From NCBI GenBank assembly GCA_977862235.1, contig OZ374557.1:2914001-2978000 (forward strand): a DNA stretch of 64,000 nucleotides. Direction: 5' to 3'. The stretch's first letter is position 1. Every line of letters starts with the position of its first letter. This document shows positions 38,866 to 51,000 of the stretch, piece after piece. A program made the position numbers and the translations under genes. The DNA comes from Dudresnaya verticillata (taxonomy: Eukaryota). Under the pieces are notes generated by a model. It did no database searches. It saw nothing but the letters and a program-made list of their open reading frames with translations, and was not told the DNA's origin.

Positions 38866-39900
38866 AGGCGGCAAGTAAACTCGAGAAATGATGGGCTATT
38901 CCGGACCATATCGAAACCGAGGTTTCGTACACGCAATTCTTGGTTACGGTAGGATACGTGAGCAACAAAAACGCGGATGTGCTGCAGGAGTAATCGTATC
39001 CGGATATATAGTTCTATCAACAAGTCTGTCGGCTCTTCTCCCCTACGCTGGAAAACACACGCATTTTACACACGTACGTATCCTATGATGTCGGCAGACA
39101 TACCATGGCAGTACACTATCTGGTTTGGTGCGCCACACCTTCTTGTGTGCGTAAAGGGTGGGGAAAATCATGACTTGGCTTACATACTGTGGGACACACA
39201 CTCTTTGCGATATTTTGCGATATGCGGAATTCAGCGAGGGGTTTGCGATGAAAGAAGTTTGTAAGGTACGAGGAATGCGTTTACTTCACGCTAGCGCTCG
39301 ATTTGAGACATTACTTTAACAGCTTTTTTGCGTCTGCGCGCGCAGCGGCGGCAAACACTCCTTGAATAATTGTGGACTCTTGTGGGCTACTACTGTACCA
39401 CTACAGAATTTGAGACGCTCCTTGCCTGAGCAAAGGGCCTCTTACGATTGAAGCGGCCGATGCTGGCGGGAAATATTTGTGAACTTGGAGCTTCACACAC
39501 AGCTGCAAATGTCTACCGGGCGGTTTAAATTGGTGGGGAATTGGTTGATACCAAGAATTGGTTGATACCAAGCTGGGCGGCAGCTCCAACATAGCTGCCG
39601 CCTAGCTTACAACAGATTTGACATCACATCTGTTGTGCCGTCACATGTCATCCCCGAGCAGCTCAGATTAGAGGCACCCATCGGTTCTGAAGATGCTGAT
39701 ATTTTCAATTGAAAATTGGCACCATTTTGCGCCGTGCTTCCCGCGGGAACGAGCTTCTCCAAGACGGCCTGAACTACCCGGAGCCCGTCTCCCGGACTGT
39801 ATGTACCTTGGACCCCTGCTTAAGCTTGAGCCCAGTCTAGTCTATCTAGAAAAGGTGGCAACAGCAGCTGGGACCAATCCTCTTCTAATACTTCAGTATC

Positions 39901-41594
39901 ATGGAGGTTTATCCGGTCAGCGCGACAGGACTTGATCGCTCGCAGACCAATGCTATCAAGGCCTTTCAGAAGGGAAAGAGTGTGGCTATTCTAGGCGGGG
40001 CGGGGTCTGGAAAGACCCATGTTTTGAAAGAAATTGTGAGACGCGCACGGTCTAGTTCCAGTGGTCACAAGCAAGTTGCGGTTTGTGCACTGAGCAATAA
40101 TGCTGCGTCCAATCTCAATGGATGTACGATGCACTCCCTGTTTTCCGGTCATTGTTCATGGGAATGGTCAAAGAGACATCTTTGGGAGAAGGTATCCGGA
40201 AATGAACGACTATGCGGTATTTTGAGGGCGATCAAGTGCTTAATCATTGATGAAATTTCTCTCATCAAAAGGAACGAAATTGAAGCAATCGAATATGTCC
40301 TGCGTCGACTTACGTCGCGGGAGGAGGACGCCGCATTGCCTATGGGTGGAAGACAGCTAATAACCGCTGGTGATCCCTTTCAGCTGGAACCTCTGGTGTT
40401 GAGGACACAAAGTGTTACTTTGAAACTTTCTTCCAATCTCGAGTTTGGTTTCTACTATTCACAGGATATGGAAATGGAGCTGTTGTTTTGCTAGACCATA
40501 ACTATCGTCAGAGGGAGGACAGTGTATTCTACTCTATGCTACAGAGATTTCGGTACGGCTCGCCCCGGGACTCTGAAATTGTTGAGCTAAATACAACAAG
40601 CGCGCAATCACGCAATGCTCCGCCCAGCGGTTCCACGCGTCTATGCCTGAAGAAGGTAGAGGTTACCGGTGTCAATGGAAGAGAGATGGAGAAACTAGAA
40701 GGCCATGATTTTGTTTGCGTTGGTGCGGACACATACGGCAGGCAACCATCAGACTCAGTGGCGAAGCGTTTGGAAGAAGTTGCCTCAGTAAGGTTGGTAA
40801 TAAGGAAGAACTGTTTAGTCGTGCTGACTCGAAAATATGGGGACTTCAACCCAGGATCTCGATTTATGGTCACGGATGTCGTCACCATGGCGGCGAGCTC
40901 GCCTATATACGGACGTGACAGTAGAAGACAGTTCGATGCGAAGCATGTATCCGTCACTTTAGCGCCGCTCTCTAACTCGTCCTCGCAAACGTCGACGCTA
41001 TCGCGTCTGCCGGGTGCACGGACTATCTGCGTGCGACCGATGAGCTTCACGGTGCACAACTACGATACTAGCGTTGCTGGAACTAGGGTACAGCTTCCCA
41101 TTCTTGTCGCGTATGCGATGAAAATCCATCGCAGTCAAAGAATGAGTCTCGAAAGCGTAGCGGTTGACTTTTCTGGAATGGGAGCATGGAGGCCGAATGG
41201 GATGGTGTATGTCGCACTCTCAAGATGCATTAGGAAGGATGCTTTGTGGATAAGGGGGCTGTCAGGAGACCATGTGAGAATAATTGAAAGAGCTAAGGTG
41301 GCCATGTCGGGCATAATTTGCTTTGCGAGGAGCTATCCGCAACGATTTATTGGGGAGAAAGCGTTGAAGCAGTACATGACGGATATTAGTAAGTGCAATG
41401 TACGATCGAGTCGACTTGGAGGACAAACTGCGACAAGTGAGGAAGACGAGAAGGATGAAATAGACCAAGCAGTATGTCCAGAAGGTGTGAAGAGAAAAAG
41501 ACCAGACACTGGAAACCATATCTCGAGAAAGGAGGACATGAACCCTAATGTCATGAGATCCTCGAAGCGACGTCATCCACAGCAACTGCGCTAG
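39901..41594 (+). pseudogene. PIF1-family DNA helicase, one frameshift near 40395
   Basis: GGAGSGKT, IIDEIS, GDPFQLEP, (shifted frame) FFQSRVW...LDHNYRQRED, RVQLPILVAYAMKIHRSQ, GMVYVALSR. Confidence 0.92.
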
Positions 41595-41744
41595 ATAAGT
41601 TGTAGAACTGATAAGATAGCTACAGAGTAATGGTAGAATCGATAAACGAAACAGACGTACGCTTAAGCAGAATGTCTTAAGAAATACAACATCATGAGGG
41701 TATATTTTGAGATCTCCAGTCCGGTGATGAATGTTGGTTCCGAG

Positions 41745-42305
41745 TCTGGGAAATATAATTCACTGACAAAGATGTCTGTGTAATGCACTTTCCAGATGTG
41801 AAACCTGTGAAATAAATTTCACAGGCATTTTTATTTGTGAAATAAAGTTTTGAGACAATCTGATCGTAGGAATGTATTTCACAGACTTTCGTAGCTTGAA
41901 ACATTGTTTCACAAGCAGGGGGGCTGTGAATCTCGTCTCAGAGGCTCACGAATAGTTAAATAGTACTGAAGATACGTATGGAAGTAAAACAGAAACGAAT
42001 GAAATGTAGTACAGACACACGCCCAGAAATTAACATTGTTCTAATCCGATAATCGAGGAATACCAGAAAAGGGACTTAAGAATTGTACTCGCGTTTCACG
42101 ACAAAGTCGGAAACATGGTTCAGAAGGTTTACTTAGGCAGCGCTGACATACTGCAGTGTAGTGTAATATATGTAGTACATGTAGATATGTAGATATGTAG
42201 AGAAAAATAAATGTTGAGAACATACAGCGCAAAATGTAATTTTCAGTACCAAATGGCTCAAAAGTGCAATTCACAGACACTGCTGCTCCAGAAATTCACT
42301 TCTAG
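41745..42305. repeat. Palindromic array 7 (right subterminal)
   Basis: Perfect-arm CCTGTGAAATAAATTTCACAGG at 41804-41825 flanked by ~30-bp-spaced degenerate units; more units at 42225-42305. Confidence 0.85.
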
Positions 42306-42493
42306 AATCGCTGTTTGGGACTCGCATAGGCCGCCGAAACAAAACGGCCGGACATCGGGCCATGAAAAAAATATTTCTAGGCCGCCGAAACAAAAGGGCT
42401 GGGCACCAGCGGGGGAACGGAATGTTTCGGTCCATGAAAAAATATATTTCTAGGCCGCCGAAACATTACGGCTTGCAAATTGTTTCGTCCCCT
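42292..42493 (-). repeat. Right terminus of the giant element (3 x GGCCGCCGAAAC + TIR)
   Basis: TAGGCCGCCGAAAC repeated three times, ending TGTTTCGTCCCCT. Confidence 0.8.
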
Positions 42494-42533
42494 GCGTTCA
42501 ATTAGCCGTAATTAAGTACGCATATGTGGCAAC

Positions 42534-42750
42534 AGGGGACGAAACATTTACAAGCCGTAAGGTTTCGGCGGCCTAGAAATCTATTTTTTTCATGGGCCGA
42601 AACATTCCGTTCCCCCGCTGGTGCCCAGCCCTTTTGTTTCGGCGGCCTATGCTAGTCCCAAACAGCGATTCTAGAAGTGAATTTCGGAGGGGATGTGACC
42701 TGCTAATGAAATTCTGCGCAATCTTAGGTCTGTGAAATTCATATTACAGC
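42534..42750 (+). mobile_element. Second, inverted copy of the right terminus (truncated sister element)
   Basis: AGGGGACGAAACA... is a near-exact reverse complement of 42292-42493 lacking one ~41-bp unit, followed by CTGTGAAATTCATATTACAG. Confidence 0.75.
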
Positions 42751-43023
42751 CCCAATGCTGCAGCTGCATGCAGACAGACATGAGGCACATGCTGTAGGCA
42801 GTCTTTTCTGCATGCTGAGGGGAGACCTTTATCAGGGGCTACTGCAGAAGGGTTTCCTAGAGGCATTGCGACTAGTGGCGCAGAGCGGAACCCAGAAAAG
42901 GGGGTGCTGCCCTGGAGCTTTCGGAAAGAGCTCCCCTAATTATGACTATTATGAAGGGGGTCTCTATTCAGTACTGTAGGGAGACCCTGCCATTCCGTGC
43001 TGCGCTGGGGGGCCCTTTTTCTG

Positions 43024-43090
43024 GGCAATAGGGAGGGGGCATCCACATACCGCAATAGGGAGGGGGCCTCCGCATACCCGAATAGGAAGG
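43024..43090. repeat. ~27-bp tandem repeat (about 2.5 copies)
   Basis: GCAATAGGGAGGGGGCATCCACATACC / GCAATAGGGAGGGGGCCTCCGCATACC. Confidence 0.75.
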
Positions 43091-43329
43091 CTCATCTATT
43101 GTGGCACCAAAAAAGGGGGTGGGTCGCCGTCGTGCAGTGCCGTCACATGCTACCCACGAAAGCATAACGCATAACGCGTAACGTCTCACTAGCTGTAATG
43201 CTGCAGAGACGTTTGGACGCAAGGCCGCTGTCAGGGGAGATGTTCGATGATGGACACGCCAGCAGAGTGTGTGGGGCTCTGAGAAGGCAGCAGAGGGGGG
43301 CACGTCCCCACGGCGCGCGAGGTGCTTGG

Positions 43330-43440
43330 GGGGACGAAACATTAAATGTTTGTTTTTCCGTTTACTTTTACAACCCTTCTCATAAACCGTTCGTCGGCCT
43401 ATACAACCCCATTTCGCAACACTCCCTTTTCGTTTCGGCC
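43330..43440 (+). mobile_element. Third terminus-like sequence of the same family
   Basis: GGGGACGAAACATTA followed by TTCGTCGGCCT and TTTCGGCC, as at 16622. Confidence 0.55.
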
Positions 43441-43633
43441 CCTCGAACTTCAATAGTTCTGCACCGCTAACCTCTAACCCGAGGAGGGGTTGGCAATACG
43501 CAATCGGCGTACAAATATCCTTCTGTAAGGAGGAAATCTCAGGAGATCACCCAAATCAAATGGGGTTACTGTAGCCGGTGTGCGTGTGGTATACAAAAGG
43601 ACCCTTCTCTCTAACAATAAAACGTCGGAGGGA

Positions 43634-44993
43634 TGTAGTAGAATGGCCCTCGGCCAGGTAGTCGGCGATCAAACGGCACGACAGCTGTCCTGGGGACAAA
43701 TGCTCTCGGTGAGCGGTAGCTCAAGTGAAAAGGGGAAAAGGGTGTGGTAGAGACTTGTAGTGGATGTAATACCCAGAAACAAAGAAAAAGGAAGGCGAAC
43801 CCTACAGCGTAGAGCAATCGTCGTACACGATAGGGCTTGTAGACGTTCAAGGGAAGGGAACAATGGTAGCACCGTAGGAAGACCAAAAATGGGTATAGAC
43901 CAAAGCACACACCGCTGCCGGTTTAGGGCGGGACCCCTGCTACTCAGGGGCCTAATAAATATGTCCGGAAGCTGGAAAAGCTACCCATTCTAAGTTAGAG
44001 TAATAATACTGACAGTTGCCTAATACTGTACACTATCGGTGGATTAGAATCCAAAGATAGATATGAGTGGAAGTGCCACTATGAGGTACATGCTGTAGCA
44101 GTATGGCACCGGCCAGAAACAGCAAAGAACAAGGAAAGACAGCTGTCCGATATCACACGCTAATTGGTGGTAGCTCGAAGGAGGCTTGGTAGAGGCTTGG
44201 AAGGATGCGGGCCCTGATGACCCAAACGGGGGGTGCGGAAGCACGGTAAAGACTCGGCGCGACCGACTGAAGGAAAGTATAGAAGTTGCGACCCGGTATT
44301 TCGTAGAGTACTTGTCGTACGATTTCCGGGCCTGTACTGGGCGACCCCTGCAGGCGCGGAGCGTCCGAACGACCAAAAGATGAAGGCTTTCCGAACAACT
44401 CCGCTGCGTGTTTATTCTGAGGGCGCTGGCTATTCCGGCGCCCATAAGTAGGGTTTGACAGCCGAAAACTCTGCCAGCCCAAAAGGGGGTCTAAGTTAGT
44501 CTATGATTATAGTTACAAAGATTAGTACAGTCAGTGCAATGTAAATAGGGGAATGCGTTCCAGTTAGAGGACTTGGTGCAGGATGCGCAGGGGTCCAGAC
44601 TAGGGTCTCGGCTGCATTGTCGATACCCTGAGCGCAGAGGTGCTCCTCGTTCGTGAGTAGGAGCGCAACGGCGCGTCATAAATCAGCCAATACGATGTGT
44701 CCAACTGGCGTCATTACAATGCCAGGTGTATGCCACGTGTACAGCTGTAGGGCCACGTGTACACACGTGTACGCACGTGTATCCCACGTGTCATCCACGT
44801 GTACCGCGATGAAAGGACAGCTGTCTTGATTAAGGGACAGTCTGTCCCGCGAAAAGAAGTACGCTCCTGTAAGCCCTTCTGCTGACAGCGTCCATACTGC
44901 CACACATGCGCGCCGCTGTTTGGCGCGCCATGCCAAAAATATGAGTGACAATAATTAATCCCGCAATGAGAGTAAGCCATCTGAACCGCCACA
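43634..44993 (-). repeat. Possible LTR (~1.36 kb) of a related Gypsy family
   Basis: Ends TGTAGTAG...CCGCCACA resemble the TGTRGTG/CACYACA ends of neighbouring LTRs; apparently non-coding, CACGTG cluster at 44733-44805; no partner LTR or TSD. Confidence 0.4.
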
Positions 44994-45064
44994 TCCTTGT
45001 GCACCCCACGACTTACACGCGTCTCGTGTACATGTATGTGCTTACAGAAATCGGGCGCTCATTG

Positions 45065-45841
45065 TGGTGAAGCGGCCGTTGTGGAGTGCCGACGACGGGT
45101 GAGCCGACTCGCGACCGGCGCACCGGTGAGCTGGCGCCAAAAACCGAACGGGAGTGCATCGACACAGTAGCACTGTACGCCTTGCTGGAGTCTGCGCGCA
45201 CCACCAATAGGAGCCAAGTAGTTGATTTATTTGTAATTAGGTAATTGTAATGATGCAGTACAGTACGTAGTGTCAGCCGGCCAATGAGAATGCCGAGCAT
45301 GTCCGCAACGGTGACCGGGACCAGTAGGGCCGGACCCACCTGGTGGACCAGACCCATTGAGGTCTGGCCCACACGGGCCAGACCGCGGGGCGTATCTCCC
45401 AGTATATTAATGGGTGGCCACCGCGAGTCCTACAGTAAACGGGTACGCAACCCTGGGCAAAGTGACTTACCCTAAGCCTTACCCTCATACTCCTTTACGG
45501 TTTCCCCTCGCCAGCCCCATGCACGGATTCCTCTTACCTCCGTCCCGGTGTAGCTGTCCTGGCACTGTACCGTCCCCCTTATCTGTTGCGTCCCTTTACT
45601 CCTTACAGGTGTTGCCGCTCGAGGTACTCCCTTCGGTCTACGAACCAAGCTCTACCACCCCGGTGCCGTATGAGACCACTCCTTATTGGGATTGCCTGAT
45701 CAGCTCTCCTTACAGGTGTGCCTTTCACTTCACCACATTCATTATTCCGCAAGGGTTCTGTATAGTGCAGACTTCAATATCGCCCTAGGCGTCGTTACAA
45801 CGTCTCGGACGGAGCTCTACGCCCTCGGTGTTACACCGCCA
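45065..45841 (+). repeat. 5' LTR
   Basis: TGGTGAAGCGG...TTACACCGCCA, direct repeat of 55641-56417; ends uncertain by a few bp. Confidence 0.92.
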
Positions 45842-45855
45842 ACGGCGTTCAAGAT

Positions 45856-48002
45856 GTGTTGGTACAGACGCTCATCCGTCAGGAGCGTCAGGCGTCGGAG
45901 ATCGAGCAGATGCTCATCCCCGGACAACCCCTACCGGGACCCAAGGAGCAGCCCTTTTCTGGACCTACACCGATACGTAATAACTTCCCGGTCAAGGCAG
46001 AAACGACGTATATGCCAGAAATCCCCACTCAGGTGTTTCTGCCCGATCCGGTAAGGACAGCGGCAGCCCCTGGGTTACCTACCCAAACTCAATACACCGA
46101 ATTGGATCCAACGCACCAACCCCAACCGAATCGGAGTACGGTCGCTGGACCCGCAGAAGTGCCTGCGGGGGAACGTATCACCGTGCGGGTGGCTTCGCGT
46201 AGAGGCAGTGAGCACTCCGATGGTGACTCCAAGAAAAACCAAGACCGGAGTGGTAGAGACAGTGCTGACAGAAAGGCCAAGAACTCCCACTCCGATAAGG
46301 AACGTGACCATTTGCAACGGAGCAAACGCGCTTCGCGACGGGACAAAGAACACTCCGGTACGTAATCTGATGATAGCAACACCGCAATAGGAAGAAGAAT
46401 AAGCGCAAGTCGCGCCATAGGCGCCGAAAAGGGCATGACTCGTCCCATTCCTCCGCCTCTGATACGAGCTACTCCGATACGGATAGGGACGAGCGGCGTC
46501 GGGCCAGAAAACACGACGCCAACACCGAGAGGTCGACAGGCCACTCCCAAAGGTGATCCGGCCCCTGAACGACAGGTTCGTGAAGGCGCTGGATTTCCGA
46601 ACATACCGACTGGAGAAAAAGAGTTCATACTACAGCTCGAGCTTTTCCCAGAATATGGGACGCATCCGCAAAAAGCTGGAGGTACAAATGAAGTCCCACT
46701 CTTTTAACGGTACAGACCCCTTCACGATCCTTGGATTTCTCGCGAAGTTCAAGGATGCGTGTAACATCAACTCCATTTCGGAAGGAACCGCACTGTGGTG
46801 TTTCCAGTTTTTCTTGAGTGGACAGGCTGAAGCTTTGCTTCAGGCCCATCTCGCTGGTGGCACCATGGCGGTCGACGAGGATCAAGCAGAGATGCTTCGC
46901 ACCTATACCGAAGTGGTGAACGTTTTGCTAAGGACTTATGCTACCGATGAGGTGATTGCCGAAGGGTATTCGGACGTAACGTCGTTTCGACAAACGTCGG
47001 CCTTAACGGAAGAGCAATTCTCCAACCAACTTTGGACTAAGGCACTCCGATGCGGTACAGTATTCTCCGACAGGTCCCTCAAGTCGCTGTTTGTGGGAGG
47101 ACTCCTACCGGGAACGTGTCAGCAGATGCGCAATTATCTGGCAACACACCCCCATATGGATTACCAAGCCATCACCCGCTACGCTAAAGGGCTTGGAGAA
47201 TCCCATCGGGAAACCAGACGCCAAACCTCAGCGGTGCACGTCTTCGACGGAAAACCTAAGAGTCAGTCACGACGTTCGGACGTTCTGTCGATTGGTTCTC
47301 CATCGGAGTACACCTACGCGGAGTATCTCGCTGAATCGGAGGAGCACGTGCTCGCCCTGGAAGGTGGCGCGGGTCGAAGCGCCGGCACCTCGTCGGGGGT
47401 TACGTTTACTACAGCGTACGCTTCCCCACCGAGTAGTGTCTACCCTAATTCTGCCTCGGGCTCCCAACCTTCGCCCACCAGCGCCACGGATGCCACCACC
47501 CCGGCAACCCCGCTACGGACCGGCTGATAGCCGCTACGGCCCCGCCACACACCGTCAGGGGACCACCTGGCAGCATCCCAGCCATATTGGACACCCCCAC
47601 GGCAGCACGCCTCCCCGTCAAGGGCAGGGCGACCACCGTATTGGAAAACAATCCCCTGCTGCAGGGCATACGGATCACACCTCACCGGATGTCAGACGCC
47701 TCTATGGAAGCGGCTACTGTCGCTTGTGCCTCTCCCCGGACCATGTAATTTGTCCATATCTGAGCGACACCGAAAGAGGTCCCCTGATGGAAGAGCGTGA
47801 GCGCAACTATCAGGCGATCCTCCTCAAGCGGCAGGCCTTCGCCAGCTCCAATACGGGAAATCGTCCGCCGGGTAACTACCAGAAACGCCCAGCGCGGGTA
47901 CTGACTGTCGATGGTGGTGCGGTTGGCGAGCCCCCAGCTGATATGATGGAGGAGGCACTCATGGCACACCCCGACTCGAAAAACGTCGCAGGAGACGTGT
48001 AA
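45856..48002 (+). pseudogene. gag-like region, broken
   Basis: FNGTDPFTILGFLAKFKDAC...ALWCFQFFL...LLRTYATDEVI gag-like core; CRLCLSPDHVIC Zn-knuckle-like motif; stops at 46363 and 47525. Confidence 0.8.
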
Positions 48003-48028
48003 GGGCGTCCCCGTCTCCTCAATGCGAC

Positions 48029-51000
48029 GTGGTACGCCCACCAATACGGGCTTTGCCGGACTCTCAGTCCGCCACCATTACGGAGTACCCCCTTGATTTT
48101 GTTCCAGAAATCCCCCTTGAATTTCCACCACCCGGTGATTCTGTCTGTGTTCTACAACGACAGAATTATAAAATCCAGATTACCGTGGGCAGGAGTAATG
48201 ACCTCATGTTACCTCTCATCACCGTATTGGATTCTGGTGCTGGGCCAAATCGCATCAACGCCAGACGGCTTTCACCCCACTGGTTGTCTTTGATTCGCCC
48301 AGCTGCCAGTCCACCTTTACGGGATGCGTCCAATAGGTCGATACGGCCGCTTGGTGTTATTCAACATTTTGTCCGTATCGGAGAATTGCGTACTCGAGTC
48401 CAGTTCCTGGTGGTCGCGAACCTCGCTGCTCCTTGTATTCTGGGAACCAGTTTTATTGATCGCCATGTCAAGGCGATCCTTCCACCGGCACGGAAAGTTG
48501 TTTTTCATCACCACGCCGTGGTTTCGCTAATGGGACAAGTCAGACACTCCAAAACGGTGGCTGCTTCCACTCTTCAGGGCCCCCCTGTGTCATCCGCTTC
48601 GGTATCGCAAAAGCTCCGCCTAGCCAAATCCCTTATTATCCCCCTATGACCCAATCCCTTGCATTGGTCACCACTCCTACCGGTGGTTTGTGTTTTCTTC
48701 AAAACCATCCCAAACCCCTCCATAAGCACCTCACCCTTATGGCTGACGGGGTTATGGATATAATCCCTAACAAACCCTTTAAGGTGTGGCTGACTAATTT
48801 CCCCCAAACCGGTGCGGTTACCCAAGGCTACCATCCTGGGCCTCTCTACTGCTTCTCCCTCTACCATACTCACCGTTAACGGTGTACCTCCATTTAAGGA
48901 GGGGGAGGACATATTAATTCCTTTCCTACTCCTCCTAACGAGAGCAGCAAGGCTACACCCCAAGATGGATTCAAAGGAAACACCGTATCGGAATCAACTA
49001 CAAACCCTGACACCGACTGGAAATATAACATCCATATTGGTGCCAAGGATGAAAAACTCCGCGCTAAGGTGGTTACACTCCTCGAGGAGTTCAGCACTAC
49101 GTGGAACGGCGAGTTAGTAAATATAACTGCCGCGAAACACCGTATTGAATTAATGTCTGGTGCCAAACCGGTATATCAGGTACCATATCGGCAGGACATA
49201 AACAGCGCGAGCTGAAGAAGGCAGAAGTGGATCGTATGTGGTCCGCTAAGGTGATCGAGCCATCCGCTTCGGAGTGGGCCAGCCCTGTGGTCTTCGTTCC
49301 TAAAAAGGACGGCTCCATGCAGTTTTGTGTTCATTATAGACGTCTTAACACTGTCACCGTTCGGGATTCATACCCTTTACTCCGGATGGATGAATATATC
49401 GACTCCCTTAGAGAAGCTACAGTATTCACCACTCTGGATTGTAATAGTGGCTACTGGCAAGTAGAGATCCCTGAGGAGGAGCGTGACAAAACTACCTTCA
49501 CCAGTCATTATGGATTATACCGCTTCCGGAGAATGCCTTTTGGGCTCAAGAACGCACCGGCTACTTTCCAACGGGCGGTTGACATCATCCTATCTACGGT
49601 GAAATGGCAATTTGCCTTAGTCTACCTAGATCATGTGATTGTATATTCAAACACCGTTACGGAGCACTTCGAACACCTTAAGGAGGTCCTCACGCTACTC
49701 CGTTCCGCAGGTGTAGCTCTGAAATTATCAAAGTGTGCCTTCTTCGACACTTCCGTACAGTATCTGGGCCACATAGTGCGCCCGGGCCAACTGGAAGTGG
49801 AACAAAAGAATATTCTCGCCGTCAAGGAGGCTAAGCCACCTACAAACCAAACGGAGTTGCGCTCCTTTCTAGGATTATGTAACGTCTATCAACGCTTCGT
49901 TCCCAATTTGGCACGTATTGCTTCGCCACTCAATAAGAAAACCGGCAAGGGTCTGGTATTTGAGTTTGGAACTCTCACCGAAACGGAGTTTATCGCCTTT
50001 GAGTTAAAGAGACACCTAATCTCCCCTCCAATATTGGCTTTACCCCGTCATGGTTTCAATTATACGTTGGATACCGACGCTTGTGATTACCAAGTTGGGT
50101 GTGTCCTTCTGCAGAAGCAAGCTAGTGGAGATAATCTATCAGTGGGTTACTGGAGCCGAAGTCTAACCGATGCGGAGAAGAATTACACAACCACTGAAAA
50201 GGAGTGCCTTGCTGTCGTTTGGAGTATGCTAACGCTACGTCCTTACCTTTTCGGTGAAACGTTTATGCTCCGTACGGATCACGACGCATTACGCTGGATA
50301 TTGCGTTTAGCCGATACGTCTGGACGCTTAGCAAGATGGCGCCTACGCCTATCGGAATTTGCGTTCGAGGTACAATACCGCCCTGGTATCAAGCAACAAC
50401 TCGCAGACGGTATGTCGAGACTCCGAACAGGTGGTGTTGACAGAGCTGAGTTGGATGAGGAAGTGCCTTGCGTCGTTATGGAATCGACTCCTAGTGGTGT
50501 AGTGCAACATGGTGTGCGACTGACCAATTGGAAACAGACCCAGCAGCCTGATGCCGCAAGCAGCCTTGTCCTAGGCGTTGAACGTGGAGACACCGAAATG
50601 GATACTACGCCTGAAATGGATACAGTACCACCCACTCCGCTCCGGCAAACGGTCATCCAACAAGAGGATATGCGCAATCAGACCCTTACCCGTGAGGCGT
50701 TCATATCCGCGCAAGCAACAGATACTTTCTGCAAGCTTAAAGCCGAATCTGTGGGATCACCTGGATCACAATTTGACTACGACCGACATGGGTTTCATGT
50801 TCGCAAGTCTGCCCTTGACGGCGCACTCCAAAAGGTGGTACCGCAACAGATGCGCGGCAGGGTCCTGTATCTTGCCCACTACACCCTGATGTCGGGACAC
50901 CCTGGTGGAATTAGGATGTACTACACCTTATAGAGCGACTACTATTGGCCACATATGGCTAATGATGTATTCGAGACCGTTCGGACTTGCCGCTCATGTT

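Larger units (their letters stand above)
16622..42493 (+). mobile_element. Giant (~25.9 kb) KDZ-transposase DNA element with protease and helicase cargo
   Basis: Inverted termini AGGGGACGAAACA (16622-16634) / TGTTTCGTCCCCT (42481-42493), shared subterminal TTCGGCGGCCT motif, internal KDZ transposase, and a palindromic repeat family seen only here and in the adjacent end copy; no clean TSD. Confidence 0.72.

Noticed and set aside
39901..41594. Helitron
   Set aside because: No Rep/HUH domain or Helitron-type ends were recognised.
16940..42305. Palindromic repeat + variable linker arrays as a CRISPR-like locus
   Set aside because: Repeats are highly degenerate, linkers are only ~9 bp, no cas-like genes were recognised, and the context is eukaryotic transposon DNA.
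16622..42493. TET/JBP dioxygenase expected beside a KDZ transposase
   Set aside because: No HxD...H...R double-stranded beta-helix motif set was recognised in either orphan; a profile search is needed to exclude it fully.
42292..42685. Stand-alone MITE/foldback element
   Set aside because: The terminal motif that matches 16622 lies at the centre rather than the outer edges, and no outer TSD was seen; two abutting ends fit better.
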